Below, piece by piece: positions 8,193 through 18,758 of a DNA stretch of 64,000 bases. Under the pieces are notes generated by a model. It did not search any database. It had not been told where the DNA came from and worked only from the letters and a program-made list of their open reading frames with translations. A program made the position numbers and the translations under genes. This DNA comes from an uncultured Verrucomicrobiae bacterium (GTDB lineage: Bacteria; Verrucomicrobiota; Verrucomicrobiia; Chthoniobacterales; UBA10450), in assembly GCA_963772365.1 (NCBI GenBank), contig CAVYXA010000003.1, positions 64,001 through 128,000 of the forward strand. The letters run 5' to 3'. How positions within the stretch are numbered: the first letter of the stretch is position 1; each line of letters begins with the position of its first letter.

Positions 8193-9410
8193 ATGAAGAA
8201 CAGCATCACGTCCGGCCGAGCCGGCGCATTTTCTCGAAAAAAGCTTCGATCTCAGACAAATGGGACACGAAAACAAACGCGAGCACGCGATCATATTTTT
8301 ACCCTCGGCATTGAAGAAGAATTTCAGATCGTTGATCCGAAGACGCGCGAGCTGCGGTCGCATATTCAACAGATTCTTGCTGATGGGAAAATGTTCTTGA
8401 AGGAACACGTGAAAGCCGAGATGCATCAGTCCATGGTCGAGCTCGGTACCGAAATTTGCACCGACACAGCGGAGGCGCGGCGACAAGTAACTGAGCTTCG
8501 GAGCGAGCTGGCCAGAATTGCCGAACTCGAAAGACTCAAGATTGCTTCGGCTGGCACGCATCCGTTTTCGCATTGGATGAATCAACGGATCACGGCCGAT
8601 GAACGCTACACCACCATCGTCCAGGACATGCAACAAATCGCTCGCGCGAATCTGATCTTCGGTCTGCACGTGCACGTGGGCATTCCCGACCGTGAAGAAG
8701 CGATCGACATTATGAACCAGGCGCGTTACTTCCTGCCGCACCTTTACGCGCTCTCCGTCAACTCGCCGTTTTGGTTGGGCCAGGACACAGGATTGAAGGC
8801 TTATCGGCAGATGATTTTCGAGCGTTTCCCGCGGACGGGCATTCCCGACGCGTTCGAAAGTCTCGGCGAATACGAAGACTACTTGAAGCTGCTCGTTTCG
8901 ACCAATTGCATCGACAACGCGAAGAAGATCTGGTGGGACATCCGGCTCCATCCATTTTTTGACACGATCGAGTTTCGGATTTGCGATGCCCAATCGCGAG
9001 TGAACGACACGATCGCGCTCGCGGCGGTGATGCAGGCCATCGTGGTCAAATTACACAAGCTTCGTCGGCAGAACGTCACCTTCCGCAATTACCCTCGACG
9101 GCTAATCGATGAGAACCGGTGGCGAGCCGGGCGTTACGGTCTCGATGGCAAACTGATCGATTTCGGACGCAAATGCGAAATGGACGAGCGCGAACTGCTG
9201 CACGAGATGCTCGAGTTTATTGCATTGGAGGTGGATGAGCTCGGCACCTGCTCCGAGATGGCGCACATCGAACGGATCATGCGCGAAGGCACCGGAGCCG
9301 ATCGGCAATTAGCGGTCTGGAAAAAGACACACGACGTGAGGGCGGTGGTCGATCATATCGTAGGCGAGACCTACCAAGGGCTACAACTGACGGCAGCGAA
9401 ACCTGCCTAG
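8193..9410 (+). CDS. YbdK/GCS2-family carboxylate-amine ligase
   Basis: FTLGIEEEFQIVD, AGTHPFS, FGLHVHVG, NSPFW, IWWDIR, TIEFRICD, ENRWRAGRYG. Confidence 0.92.
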   Translation: MKNSITSGRAGAFSRKKLRSQTNGTRKQTRARDHIFTLGIEEEFQIVDPKTRELRSHIQQILADGKMFLKEHVKAEMHQSMVELGTEICTDTAEARRQVTELRSELARIAELERLKIASAGTHPFSHWMNQRITADERYTTIVQDMQQIARANLIFGLHVHVGIPDREEAIDIMNQARYFLPHLYALSVNSPFWLGQDTGLKAYRQMIFERFPRTGIPDAFESLGEYEDYLKLLVSTNCIDNAKKIWWDIRLHPFFDTIEFRICDAQSRVNDTIALAAVMQAIVVKLHKLRRQNVTFRNYPRRLIDENRWRAGRYGLDGKLIDFGRKCEMDERELLHEMLEFIALEVDELGTCSEMAHIERIMREGTGADRQLAVWKKTHDVRAVVDHIVGETYQGLQLTAAKPA

Positions 9411-9467
9411 CCGGGCGCTCCCGCGAGTTGCCCGGCGTCGACTTCCACGCCAAAATGACGACTTTCC

Positions 9468-10487
9468 ATGCCCGATAAGATCTACCTCCATCCGATCGAT
9501 CCGGAGTTGATGCCCGGAGCGCGCAACGCAGTCGAAGTGTGTCTTCGATTAAAACCAGAGGAACGGATGACTATCATTACCGACACTTTCACCCGCGAAA
9601 TTGCAGCGGCTCTACAGAAGGAAGTCGAGCGGATTGGGTCGGACTACAGTCTCTTTGTGCTTGAACATCATGCTCGACGGCCGTTGCAATTCATGCCGGA
9701 AAATATCCTCGACGATCTAGCGCTGTCCCAAGTGTCGATCTTCGCCGCACAAAGCCAGGTGGGCGAGCTGATCGCGCGCACGCAAATGACCGCCGTAGTG
9801 AACCATCACCACATTCGCCACGGTCACATGGTCAACATCAACCGCGAGATCATGCTCGAAGGAATGCGCGCGGATTTTCATGAAGTCGATTCTTTGAGTC
9901 AGCGTTTGGTCGAACGCGCTCGACAGGCTGGGAAGATTACCTGCAAAACCCCGCACGGCACAGAATTCGAAGCGGAGCTTTCTCCGAAACTAAAATGGCT
10001 CAAGACCAGCGGGATCATTCAAAAAGACAAATGGGGCAATCTTCCCGGGGGCGAAATTTTCACCGCTCCTATGAATACCAACGGCACATTCGTAGTGGAT
10101 GGCGTGGTGGGAGATTACCTTTGCGAGCGCTACGGCGATTTACAGGAGAGCCCGTTGACGATCGAGGTCGAAGACAATCGGATTGTCGATCTTCGCTCGG
10201 AGAACAAGGACCTGCGCGACGATTTTCGCGCCTACACCAGCACGGATGAAAACAGTAATCGCGTGGGCGAATTTGCCATCGGCACGAACATCGCCTGCAC
10301 TCATGTCATCGGACACATTTTGCAGGACGAAAAGATTCCCGGCGTCCACATCGCCTTTGGACATCCCTATGCCGAGCACACCGGCGCAAATTGGGCTTCC
10401 AAGACCCACATCGATTGCGTAGGTCGCGATTTCGACATCTGGTTCGATGGCGAGAAGGTGATGGAGCACGGAAAATTTTTGCTGTAA
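9468..10487 (+). CDS. M29-like (thermophilic metalloprotease) aminopeptidase
   Basis: NLPGGEIFTAP, VGEFAIGTN, LQDEK, HIAFG, HIDCV. Confidence 0.85.
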   Translation: MPDKIYLHPIDPELMPGARNAVEVCLRLKPEERMTIITDTFTREIAAALQKEVERIGSDYSLFVLEHHARRPLQFMPENILDDLALSQVSIFAAQSQVGELIARTQMTAVVNHHHIRHGHMVNINREIMLEGMRADFHEVDSLSQRLVERARQAGKITCKTPHGTEFEAELSPKLKWLKTSGIIQKDKWGNLPGGEIFTAPMNTNGTFVVDGVVGDYLCERYGDLQESPLTIEVEDNRIVDLRSENKDLRDDFRAYTSTDENSNRVGEFAIGTNIACTHVIGHILQDEKIPGVHIAFGHPYAEHTGANWASKTHIDCVGRDFDIWFDGEKVMEHGKFLL

Positions 10488-10496
10488 GATCGACAT

Positions 10497-10715
10497 ATGA
10501 TTGGTGATGTTCGTCAGCGACTCGACAAGGTGCCGTTTGAACCGTTCGCAATCCGATCGTCTGACGGGCGCGAGTATCCTGTTTCCACTCGAGGTCACGC
10601 GCATATTTCACCACGCGGGGATCGTATCGTGGTTTTTCTGGACGAAGGCCCGGCCATTACTCTCGGCCCGGTGCATGTGAACAGCATCGTTGACCTGAGG
10701 CAAACCGCCGAGTAG
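10497..10715 (+). CDS. Small hypothetical protein
   Basis: 72-aa ORF fitting tightly (9-bp gaps) between operon genes; PFEPFAIRSSDGREYPV. Confidence 0.65.
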   Translation: MIGDVRQRLDKVPFEPFAIRSSDGREYPVSTRGHAHISPRGDRIVVFLDEGPAITLGPVHVNSIVDLRQTAE

Positions 10716-10724
10716 CGCGGCGTT

Positions 10725-11915
10725 GTGGATCCGAAACTCCGCGCACAGTTCAATGCCGATTTCACGCCTGAGAAGTATGCCGCTCTCGTGCGCTGTATTA
10801 ATGAAGCGGAGAAATGGCCGGCCGATTTTCGCATCTCGGAAACGCCGATCTTCTTGACTCGCGAGTTCACTGACGAACTTGTGCGGGCGGCCAAGGAGAT
10901 TGTCGATCTTACCCGGACAGAGAAATTCCAGAAGCACTCGGCCAACGCGATCCCGAAGGAATTGGAAGTGCCAAACGAATCGGCGCACCCGAATTTTCTC
11001 GTGGTCGACTTCGGGATTTGCGCCGAGGACGGGCGATTAGTGCCGCGCCTGATCGAGCTCCAGGCATTTCCCAGTTTGTTCGGCTTCCAATTGCTGGTGC
11101 TTCACTGCCTGCGAAAAACATTTCCCATCATTCCGCGAAATTGGACGTCCTCGTTCGGCGGAATCAAAGATGACGACTATCTCGCATTGCAGCGTCGAAC
11201 AATTTTGGGGGATGTCGATCCGAGAAGCGTCATTCTGCTCGAGATTGAACCCGACAAACAAAAAACCAGGATCGATTTCGCCGCGACGGAACGAATATTG
11301 GGAATCCGTCCAGTTTGTGTGACGAAAGTCAAAAAGCGCGGACGCGAATTATTTTATGATCGCGATGGACGCGAGACACGGATCGAGCGCATTTATAATC
11401 GCGTCATCTTCGACGAACTGATTCGCCGACCCGATCTCGATCTTCCATTCCGATTCCAGAATGATCTCGATGTTGTTTGGGTTGGACATCCGAATTGGTA
11501 CTTTCGCATCAGCAAGCATTCTCTGCCGTTTTTGAAAACCGAATACACGTCCCCGGCATTTTTCGCCGACGACTTTCCACGAAGTGAGAAGATCGGCAAT
11601 TACGTGTTGAAACCGCTTTATTCATTCGCAGGTCTAGGCGTGGATATGGAACCGACCCGCGAAAAAATCGCCGCTTTGGAAAAACCGCGGGAATGGATTT
11701 TGCAAAAGAAAGTCGAATACGCCGCATTTGTTCCCACGGTCGATGGAAACAAATCGAAGGCGGAGATCCGGATGATGTTTCTCTGGCCGGAAGAAGATCG
11801 AGATCCGATATTGGTGAATAATCTCGTCCGGATGAGTCAGGGGAAAATGATGGGAGTCGATTTCAATAAGGACAAGACCTGGGTCGGCTCGTCCATCGCC
11901 TTGCACGAGACTTAA
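10725..11915 (+). CDS. ATP-grasp-like protein (circularly permuted / glutathionylspermidine-synthase-like)
   Basis: PRLIELQ, RIYNRV, YVLKPLYSFAGLGV, WILQKKVEY and EIRM motifs. Confidence 0.68.
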   Translation: MDPKLRAQFNADFTPEKYAALVRCINEAEKWPADFRISETPIFLTREFTDELVRAAKEIVDLTRTEKFQKHSANAIPKELEVPNESAHPNFLVVDFGICAEDGRLVPRLIELQAFPSLFGFQLLVLHCLRKTFPIIPRNWTSSFGGIKDDDYLALQRRTILGDVDPRSVILLEIEPDKQKTRIDFAATERILGIRPVCVTKVKKRGRELFYDRDGRETRIERIYNRVIFDELIRRPDLDLPFRFQNDLDVVWVGHPNWYFRISKHSLPFLKTEYTSPAFFADDFPRSEKIGNYVLKPLYSFAGLGVDMEPTREKIAALEKPREWILQKKVEYAAFVPTVDGNKSKAEIRMMFLWPEEDRDPILVNNLVRMSQGKMMGVDFNKDKTWVGSSIALHET

Positions 11916-11930
11916 TCGAGGGGAACGGAC

Positions 11931-13113
11931 TTACTTGAGTTCGTCGTTAACCTCGGCAAAGGCTTTAACCGCGAATTTCAGATCTTTCCTCGAATGCGCT
12001 GCACTGACTTGAGTACCGAACCCGGGCCGTCCCGTGAGGCACGACCGGGTAAAAGAAGCCGATCACGTAAACCCCTTTGTCTAGCATCCTCGCGGCGAAT
12101 TTTTGTGACTTCGCTGCATCGCCGATCATGATCGGCACGATCGGATGCGTGCCGGGTTTGATCGTTAGGCCGCGTTCGATAAGAGCCGCTCGAAAGTATT
12201 TTGTATTCTCTTCGAGTTTATCCCGCAGCTCAGTCGAGTCGCTGAGTAATTCCAGCGCTTTTAACGAAGCCGCCACGATGTGCGGCGCAATGCTGTTCGA
12301 AAACAAATACGGACGCGATCGTTGGCGTAAAAGATCGACAATCTCTTTGCGACCGCTGGTGAATCCGCCGCTCGCGCCGCCGAGCGCTTTGCCGAGCGTG
12401 CCGGTGATAATGTCGATCTTACCCATTACGCCGCGATACTCGTGCGTGCCGCGTCCGGTGTTTCCGAGAAATCCGGTGGCATGCGCGTCATCGATCATCG
12501 TGAGCGCGTCGTATTTTTGGGCAAGATCGACAATCGCTTCGAGGTTCGCGATCGTTCCGTCCATTGAGAAACAGCCATCGGTTGCGACCAATCGGAACCG
12601 CGCATCTTTTGCTGCGAGCAATTGCGCTTCGAGATCGGCCGTGTCGTTGTGCTTGTAACGGAACCGCTGCGCCTTGCAGAGCCGGATGCCGTCGATAATC
12701 GATGCGTGGTTTAATTCATCGCTGATGATTGCGTCCTTTTCAGTGAGGAGGGTCTCGAAAAGGCCGCCATTCGCGTCGAAGCACGACGGATAAAGAATAG
12801 TTGCCTCTGTCCCGAGAAATTTCGTGAGGGCATCTTCTAGCTGCTTGTGAATGTCTTGAGTGCCACAGATGAAACGAACACTGGCCATGCCGAAGCCGTG
12901 GGTATCGAGCGCTTCTTTTGCCGCGGCGATCAATGCAGGATGATCGGCCAGCCCAAGATAATTGTTAGCGCACATGTTGAGGACGCGCTGGCCGCCAGTA
13001 ATCGCGATGTGTGCATCCTGCGGACTGGTGATAATCCGCTCGGTTTTGAACAGGCCTTGCGCCTTAATTTCTTCAAGCGTTTGCGAAACCTGCTTTTCGA
13101 ATTGCGCCATCAT
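11931..13113 (-). CDS. kbl: Glycine C-acetyltransferase (2-amino-3-ketobutyrate CoA ligase), apparent frameshift at ~12016
   Basis: [48 protein letters not shown]. Removing one base restores ARVRTQVSAAH...NDELK* (stop 11931). Confidence 0.92.
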
Positions 13114-13218
13114 AATGACGGCAGGTTACGCGGAAGGGGTGCGCCTTGCGAAAAAATTCTCCGCAAAAAACGCTTGCGACGTGATGTGAATAACTGTTAA
13201 TAACTCCGTCGATCAGCT

Positions 13219-13890
13219 TTGCTCCCCCAGAACACAGCCTTAGCCCTGATTGCAATCGCGGCGCTGTTGCTCAGTGCCTGCGGAACGACCCAGCGCGCTC
13301 TGCCGCCATACGAAACTCCCGTGGCCAGAGCAGATTTTGAAAGCGTGCGCACGACTGCCTACACGCACACTGAATCGGATCATCGGGAATTCACCAATCA
13401 CAATGCGCTGGGCGGCGTGCTTCATGCCGCGGTGCCTGCGATTCGGCGGGCGGAGAATGTCGCTCGTGCAATTTCGGTTTCGGATACAGCGCCTTTGCAG
13501 CCTTTTTCGTTAGAGCGGGTGGAGTCGGAGCGAATAACAACATCGACAAAAACGTACCGGTTGGGACGATCGACAATCTGCGGCAGTGCCGCAGCCGATT
13601 GGTCGCGCTGGCCGGCTGGCACGGTCTTTCGGCTCCTTTCAACCGGTCAAGTATATCGCGTGGACGATTACGGCTGGGCGCTCGCCGGGCGAAATACAAT
13701 CGATCTCTACATGGCTAATGTACGTGACATGAACAATTGGGGTGCGCGGCAGGAGTCGATCGAGATTTTGCAATGGGGCAATCCACAGGAAAGCCTTCGT
13801 TTGTTATCGGCGCACACGAACTATAAACATATCAGGCGAATGGTTCTCGAATTGGAAGGCCGCGATCGAGAAGCGGCCGCGTTACGCTAA
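13219..13890 (+). CDS. 3D-domain lipoprotein (lytic-transglycosylase-like)
   Basis: Lipobox LSAC; RTTAY, AAAD, VDDYG and TIDLYM. Confidence 0.75.
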   Translation: MLPQNTALALIAIAALLLSACGTTQRALPPYETPVARADFESVRTTAYTHTESDHREFTNHNALGGVLHAAVPAIRRAENVARAISVSDTAPLQPFSLERVESERITTSTKTYRLGRSTICGSAAADWSRWPAGTVFRLLSTGQVYRVDDYGWALAGRNTIDLYMANVRDMNNWGARQESIEILQWGNPQESLRLLSAHTNYKHIRRMVLELEGRDREAAALR

Positions 13891-13923
13891 ACCAGAAATT
13901 TCGGGCGCTGGCTTCGGACCCTT

Positions 13924-14289
13924 CTACTGGATCGTGCGCGTCACTATCACGGAAGCATGCTGAGCATTCGGCAGAACGAACTTGCGCAGCTCGATTCGGA
14001 CTTGTCGAACCGGGAAATTTTTTAGGAGATGTCCGGCCAATCCTGACGCCAGAGTCTCGATGAGCTTGTCGATGCGTTTATCAACGTAATCCCTGGCAGT
14101 GGCGCACACGGCTGAATAATCAACGGTGCGATGAATTTCATCGCGTAAGCTTTCGAAGTCCACAGCTGGCCAAAGAGTGATGGATACTGTGAGTCGCTGT
14201 GGTTCCGACCGTTCACTGTCGGTGACTCCTAGGCGGGCGAAGAGTTCGAGCTGCTCAATGTGAATGGCGTCCCTCTCGTTGTCTTGCAC
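13924..14289 (-). CDS. folB: Dihydroneopterin aldolase
   Basis: Start GTG 14289; IHIEQLELFARLGV..ER..PQ, TVDY, LIETLA. Confidence 0.88.
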   Translation of the reverse strand: MQDNERDAIHIEQLELFARLGVTDSERSEPQRLTVSITLWPAVDFESLRDEIHRTVDYSAVCATARDYVDKRIDKLIETLASGLAGHLLKNFPVRQVRIELRKFVLPNAQHASVIVTRTIQ

Positions 14290-14474
14290 ATTGTAGGAGT
14301 TGCACGCGCCATTTATTTGGCAACTCGCAAAAGGTGGAACGCGATCTCCGAGCGCGTGGTATTGAATGTGGCTTCGCCGATTGACATCGCATCCCTTTCG
14401 GAGAAATCGATCCGCCCGCCAAAAACTTATTGCCGCTTTCCAACGCTGATTGCTGTGGCATTGTCTATACAGCG

Positions 14475-14768
14475 ATGAAACCGACGTTTCACTCCGCTCC
14501 CGGGAAACGGCGATTCCCGCAGACCGATTATAGTTTTCACTCTGGAATGGGCGACTGGCGCGGTTATTCGTCGCACGATGACGATGAACGCTCCGAGTTC
14601 CGGCACTTCCACAGCCTGAGCCGAGAACTGATGATGGTCTGCGCCCGCGAACGAGCACGGGAAATGGCAGTGTTCGGTCTGGTCGTCCTGGCCGCGGCCT
14701 GGCCGGTGATGTATATGATCGTCACGGTGGTGAAGCTTCTTCTCAAAGGTCACCCGCTCGACCAATAA
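14475..14768 (+). CDS. Hypothetical protein with C-terminal TM helix
   Basis: ATG 14475; hydrophobic stretch VFGLVVLAAAWPVMYMIVTVV. Confidence 0.6.
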   Translation: MKPTFHSAPGKRRFPQTDYSFHSGMGDWRGYSSHDDDERSEFRHFHSLSRELMMVCARERAREMAVFGLVVLAAAWPVMYMIVTVVKLLLKGHPLDQ

Positions 14769-14821
14769 CGCCGGGAATAGCCAGGTTGCCGCCCTCGTTG
14801 CGGGCGGGTATTGTGAATCGA

Positions 14822-16603
14822 ATGCAGTCGTTTTGCAAAAATCCCCTGGTTTACGAGCGCCGCAAGACGCGTGAAGTGAAGGTGGGCAACGTCGGAATCG
14901 GCGGTGACAACCCGATTCGCGTCCAGTCGATGATCACCTGCGACACGATGGATACTGAGATGTCGATCCAGCAAACTATCGAGCTCGCCAATGTCGGTTG
15001 TGAAATTGTTCGAATCACTGCGCCCACGGTGAAAGATGCGCGGAACCTCGAAAACATCGTGAAGGGTTTGCGCGAGCGCGGATGTGACGTGCCCATCGTA
15101 GCCGATATCCATTTTAAACCGGAAGCGGCAATGGAAGCAGCCAAATGGGTCGAGAAAGTGCGAATCAATCCCGGTAATTACGCCGACTCGAAAAAGTTCG
15201 TCATTCGCGAATACACCGACGAGCAATACACAGCGGAGCTAAATCGAATCCGCGAGCGGTTCACGCCACTGGTGGATCTTTGTAAACAGCGTGGGATCGC
15301 GATGCGAATCGGCACAAACCACGGATCATTGTCGGACCGAATTCTCAACCGCTACGGCGATACGCCTCTTGGAATGGTGGAGAGCGCCCTCGAATTCGCC
15401 CGGATCGCGCGTGATCTCGATTATCACGATTTCGTTTTCTCAATGAAAGCGAGTAACCCGAAGGTGATGATCGAAGCGTATCGTTTACTCGTTGCCCGAC
15501 TGAACGAGCTCGGGCCGGATTGGAATTACCCAGTCCACCTCGGTGTAACTGAAGCTGGTGAGGGGGAAGACGCGCGGATCAAAAGCGCGATCGGGATTGG
15601 CTCGCTGCTCGCAGATGGCATTGGCGATACGATTCGTGTGTCATTGACGGAGGACAGTCCCCACGAGATCCCGGTGGCCAAGGCGCTGGTTGCAATGGTT
15701 CAGAAGAAAGCGCCGAACACCGAACGTCCAACGCCTGATCTGGAACTTTCATTCGACCCGTTTTCTTATCAGCGCCGTTCCACCGAGGCTATCGAGCGCA
15801 ACGGGGTAAAACTTGGGGGAGAGGAACTGGTACGTGTCGTTGTGCGGCAGGCGAACTATGACAAGGTCGCGCACAAGATCGACAAGATGGGCGATTACGT
15901 GCCGGAGATCGTTTACGAAAACGCGAGGATCGTTGAAGTCGATCCGCGCGATGACGCGGCCTTCGATCAATTAAATCAGGATCAACAAACGCAACTGATA
16001 ACGGTGCGGGACGATGTCGATCTCCCGGTCATTTCAGCGTTTCGATTATTGGCGGCGAAGCTGGAACCGCGGCATCCAATCTTGCTGAAGGATGAAGGAA
16101 GAAGGATGAGCGATGACAGCAGGGACTTTCTCGAAACGCTATTAATTGCATCGACAAACATCGGTTCACTACTTTGCGATGGAATTGGCGATGCTATCCT
16201 GGTCCAGGGCGAAGAGGCGCCGGGCCAGGCATTGCGTTTGTCCTACAACATTTTGCAGGCGGCAGGCACGCGAATTTTCAAAACCGATTACGTGGCTTGT
16301 CCATCCTGCGGCCGGACACTTTTTAACCTGCAAACGACAACGGCGAAAATCAAAGCGGCCACAGAACATCTCAAAGGCGTCAAGATTGCCATCATGGGCT
16401 GTATCGTGAATGGACCCGGAGAAATGGCCGATGCCGATTTCGGCTACGTCGGGGGCGCGCCTGGGAAAGTGAATCTCTACGTCGGTAAAACCGCGGTAAA
16501 ATTCAATATTCCCGAAGGAGAAGCCGTGGACCGGCTGAAAGATTTGATTCGCGAACACGGGAAATGGGTTGAGCCTGCCGAGGCCGCCGCAGCCGTGGCA
16601 TGA
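14822..16603 (+). CDS. ispG: (E)-4-hydroxy-3-methylbut-2-enyl-diphosphate synthase (long form)
   Basis: PIRVQSM, VADIHF, RINPGN, RIGTNHGS, HLGVTEAG, CPSCGR, MGCIVNGPGE. Confidence 0.96.
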   Translation: MQSFCKNPLVYERRKTREVKVGNVGIGGDNPIRVQSMITCDTMDTEMSIQQTIELANVGCEIVRITAPTVKDARNLENIVKGLRERGCDVPIVADIHFKPEAAMEAAKWVEKVRINPGNYADSKKFVIREYTDEQYTAELNRIRERFTPLVDLCKQRGIAMRIGTNHGSLSDRILNRYGDTPLGMVESALEFARIARDLDYHDFVFSMKASNPKVMIEAYRLLVARLNELGPDWNYPVHLGVTEAGEGEDARIKSAIGIGSLLADGIGDTIRVSLTEDSPHEIPVAKALVAMVQKKAPNTERPTPDLELSFDPFSYQRRSTEAIERNGVKLGGEELVRVVVRQANYDKVAHKIDKMGDYVPEIVYENARIVEVDPRDDAAFDQLNQDQQTQLITVRDDVDLPVISAFRLLAAKLEPRHPILLKDEGRRMSDDSRDFLETLLIASTNIGSLLCDGIGDAILVQGEEAPGQALRLSYNILQAAGTRIFKTDYVACPSCGRTLFNLQTTTAKIKAATEHLKGVKIAIMGCIVNGPGEMADADFGYVGGAPGKVNLYVGKTAVKFNIPEGEAVDRLKDLIREHGKWVEPAEAAAAVA

Positions 16604-16622
16604 GTCTCGGCTCGCTCGGCAA

Positions 16623-16679
16623 GAAGCTTGGCGCCTGCGGCGCATTATTTGCCAACGCGCCCGGAGGTCGCGTTCTACC
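16623..16679. repeat. REP-like element, copy upstream of typA
   Basis: Shares GAAGCTTGGCG and CAACGCGC.CGGAG.TCGC.TTC.ACC with 18678-18756. Confidence 0.55.
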
Positions 16680-16869
16680 AAGGTGGATCGTGATCTCCGA
16701 GCACGATGTTAAACCAATGGCGTAGCCGCATTCTTCACATCGAGCCAAAAGTCCGCGCCTCGGCTTGACGCGACGACTAACCTGATCGAAGTTTATGTCC
16801 TCAATTCCCCAGGACGAACTGCTCGACGCGGCGAGTTCGTCGGTAGTTTTTCAGGTACGCACTCTTTAC

Positions 16870-18678
16870 ATGGATAAAATCCGCAACATAGCCATCATTG
16901 CGCACGTCGATCACGGCAAGACCACCCTTGTCGATCAACTACTGCGGCAATCTGGAACGTTCCGTTCTAACCAAAAAGTCGAGGAGCGCGTCATGGATTC
17001 GATGGATCTCGAACGGGAAAAGGGGATCACGATTCGCGCCAAGAATGCCGCGTTTCAATGGAACGGGTACCGCATCAACATTGTGGATACGCCGGGGCAT
17101 GCTGATTTCGGCGGCGAAGTGGAGCGGATCATGAAAATGGTCGATGGCGTATTGCTGGTTGTCGATGCTCACGATGGCCCGCAGGCCCAAACTCGCTTTG
17201 TCCTCCGCAAGGCGCTGGAGAATCAGCTCAAGCCGATTGTGGTCATTAACAAAATCGACCGCGAGAACGCCGAGCCGCACCAGGTTCTCGATAAAGTGTT
17301 CGATCTTTTTGTCGAATTAAAGGCGACTGACCAACAGCTCGATTTCCCGATCGTTTACGCCAGCGCGAAGAACGGTTATGCCACGCGCGATCTGAATCAG
17401 CGGAGCGAGGACATGACGCCACTGTTTCAAGCGATCGTTCAACAGGTGCCGCCGCCGCGCACTTCTGAAGAGCCATTTTTCCAAATGCTGGTGTCGAATC
17501 TCGACTATAGCGATTATCTTGGGCGCGTTGCCCTTGGTCGAATCGTTAGCGGCCAAGTGGCCGTGGGCGATTCGATCGTATGTATTCATCGTGACGGCCG
17601 CCCGGAACGTAATGCCGTGACAGCGTTGTTCACTTACGAGGGTTTGGAGCAGGTCCAGATCAAACAAGCGAGTGCCGGCGACATCGTCGGCCTCACCGGT
17701 TTCGAGGAGGTTTATATCGGGGAAACGTTGACCGATTCGGAGGATCGACAATCACTGGAGTTTGTCGATATCGATCCGCCGACGATTCGGATGCGGATTC
17801 TGGTGAACGATTCGCCTTTTGCCGGGCGCGAAGGAAAATTCGTGACGGCGCGGCATGTTCGCGATCGCTTGACGCGCGAAACGCGCGGGAATGTTTCGCT
17901 CCAAGTCAACGACACCGAGGCGGCGGGAGCCTTCGAAATCAACGCCCGCGGCGAAATGCAAATCGCGATCCTCGTCGAGCAAATGCGTCGGGAAGGTTAC
18001 GAAGTGATGGTCTCGCGGCCGGAGGTCATTTTTCATCGCTCTGAGGATGGGAGCCTGCTCGAGCCGCTGGAGAATCTCTATGTCGATCTTCCTAATGAAA
18101 AGCTGGGCGATATTTTGCAATCAATTGCCAATCGCAAAGGCGAAGTCACCGGGATGTCTCATCATGAGACTCGCGTTTCAATCGAAGCGATCATCCCGAC
18201 CCGCGGCTTGATCGGCTTCGAGACCGACCTGGTGAATCTGACCCGCGGCGAAGGTTTGATGAGTCATCTCTTTCGCGAGTATGCCCCGTTCCGTGGGGAA
18301 ATCGATGGACGTGGTCGCGGCGTGATGGTCTCGATGGAACCCGGAATTAGCACCGCTTACGCGCTCAATAATATTCAGGAGCGCGGGCGGTTGTTCATCG
18401 GTCCGCAGGAGGATGTTTACGAAGGCATGATCGTGGGCGAGAACGCCCGGCCCGAGGATTTACCCGTCAACCCCTGCAAAGCGAAACATCTTACGAACAT
18501 GCGGAGCCAGGGCGATGGCAAAGGCATCCAGCTCGAAGCGCCGCTGCGGATGACTCTTGAGCGCGCGATCGAGTACATCGACATCGACGAATATGTCGAA
18601 GCGACGCCGAAATCGTTGCGACTCCGCAAACGGATTCTCGATGCCACCGCGCGCAAGCGCGCTGCTGCAGCCGCGTAG
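16870..18678 (+). CDS. typA: Translational GTPase TypA/BipA
   Basis: [44 protein letters not shown]-type C-terminus (LRLRKR). Confidence 0.97.
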   Translation: MDKIRNIAIIAHVDHGKTTLVDQLLRQSGTFRSNQKVEERVMDSMDLEREKGITIRAKNAAFQWNGYRINIVDTPGHADFGGEVERIMKMVDGVLLVVDAHDGPQAQTRFVLRKALENQLKPIVVINKIDRENAEPHQVLDKVFDLFVELKATDQQLDFPIVYASAKNGYATRDLNQRSEDMTPLFQAIVQQVPPPRTSEEPFFQMLVSNLDYSDYLGRVALGRIVSGQVAVGDSIVCIHRDGRPERNAVTALFTYEGLEQVQIKQASAGDIVGLTGFEEVYIGETLTDSEDRQSLEFVDIDPPTIRMRILVNDSPFAGREGKFVTARHVRDRLTRETRGNVSLQVNDTEAAGAFEINARGEMQIAILVEQMRREGYEVMVSRPEVIFHRSEDGSLLEPLENLYVDLPNEKLGDILQSIANRKGEVTGMSHHETRVSIEAIIPTRGLIGFETDLVNLTRGEGLMSHLFREYAPFRGEIDGRGRGVMVSMEPGISTAYALNNIQERGRLFIGPQEDVYEGMIVGENARPEDLPVNPCKAKHLTNMRSQGDGKGIQLEAPLRMTLERAIEYIDIDEYVEATPKSLRLRKRILDATARKRAAAAA

Positions 18679-18756
18679 GTGGGATCGGCTTTTTCAAAGA
18701 CGAAGCTTGGCGGCAAGCCGCTCGGCTAACAACGCGCTCGGAGATCGCATTCCACC
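18678..18756. repeat. REP-like element between convergent typA and ribF
   Basis: GGTGGGATCG...CGCATTCCACC imperfect inverted ends; similar to 16623-16679. Confidence 0.55.
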
Positions 18757-18758
18757 AT

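Noticed and set aside
8070..8993. 307-aa minus-strand ORF, and similar long ORFs at 22942-23763, 24940-25668, 41336-42367 and 60290-61129
   Set aside because: Antisense to well-supported genes and without motifs; expected in GC-rich coding DNA.
12012..12017. Programmed ribosomal frameshift in kbl
   Set aside because: No slippery heptamer; the same one-base gain recurs in unrelated genes, favouring an artefact.
13924..14658. 244-aa extended FolB
   Set aside because: Only the last ~121 aa resemble FolB; the extension overlaps the divergent gene and its promoter region.
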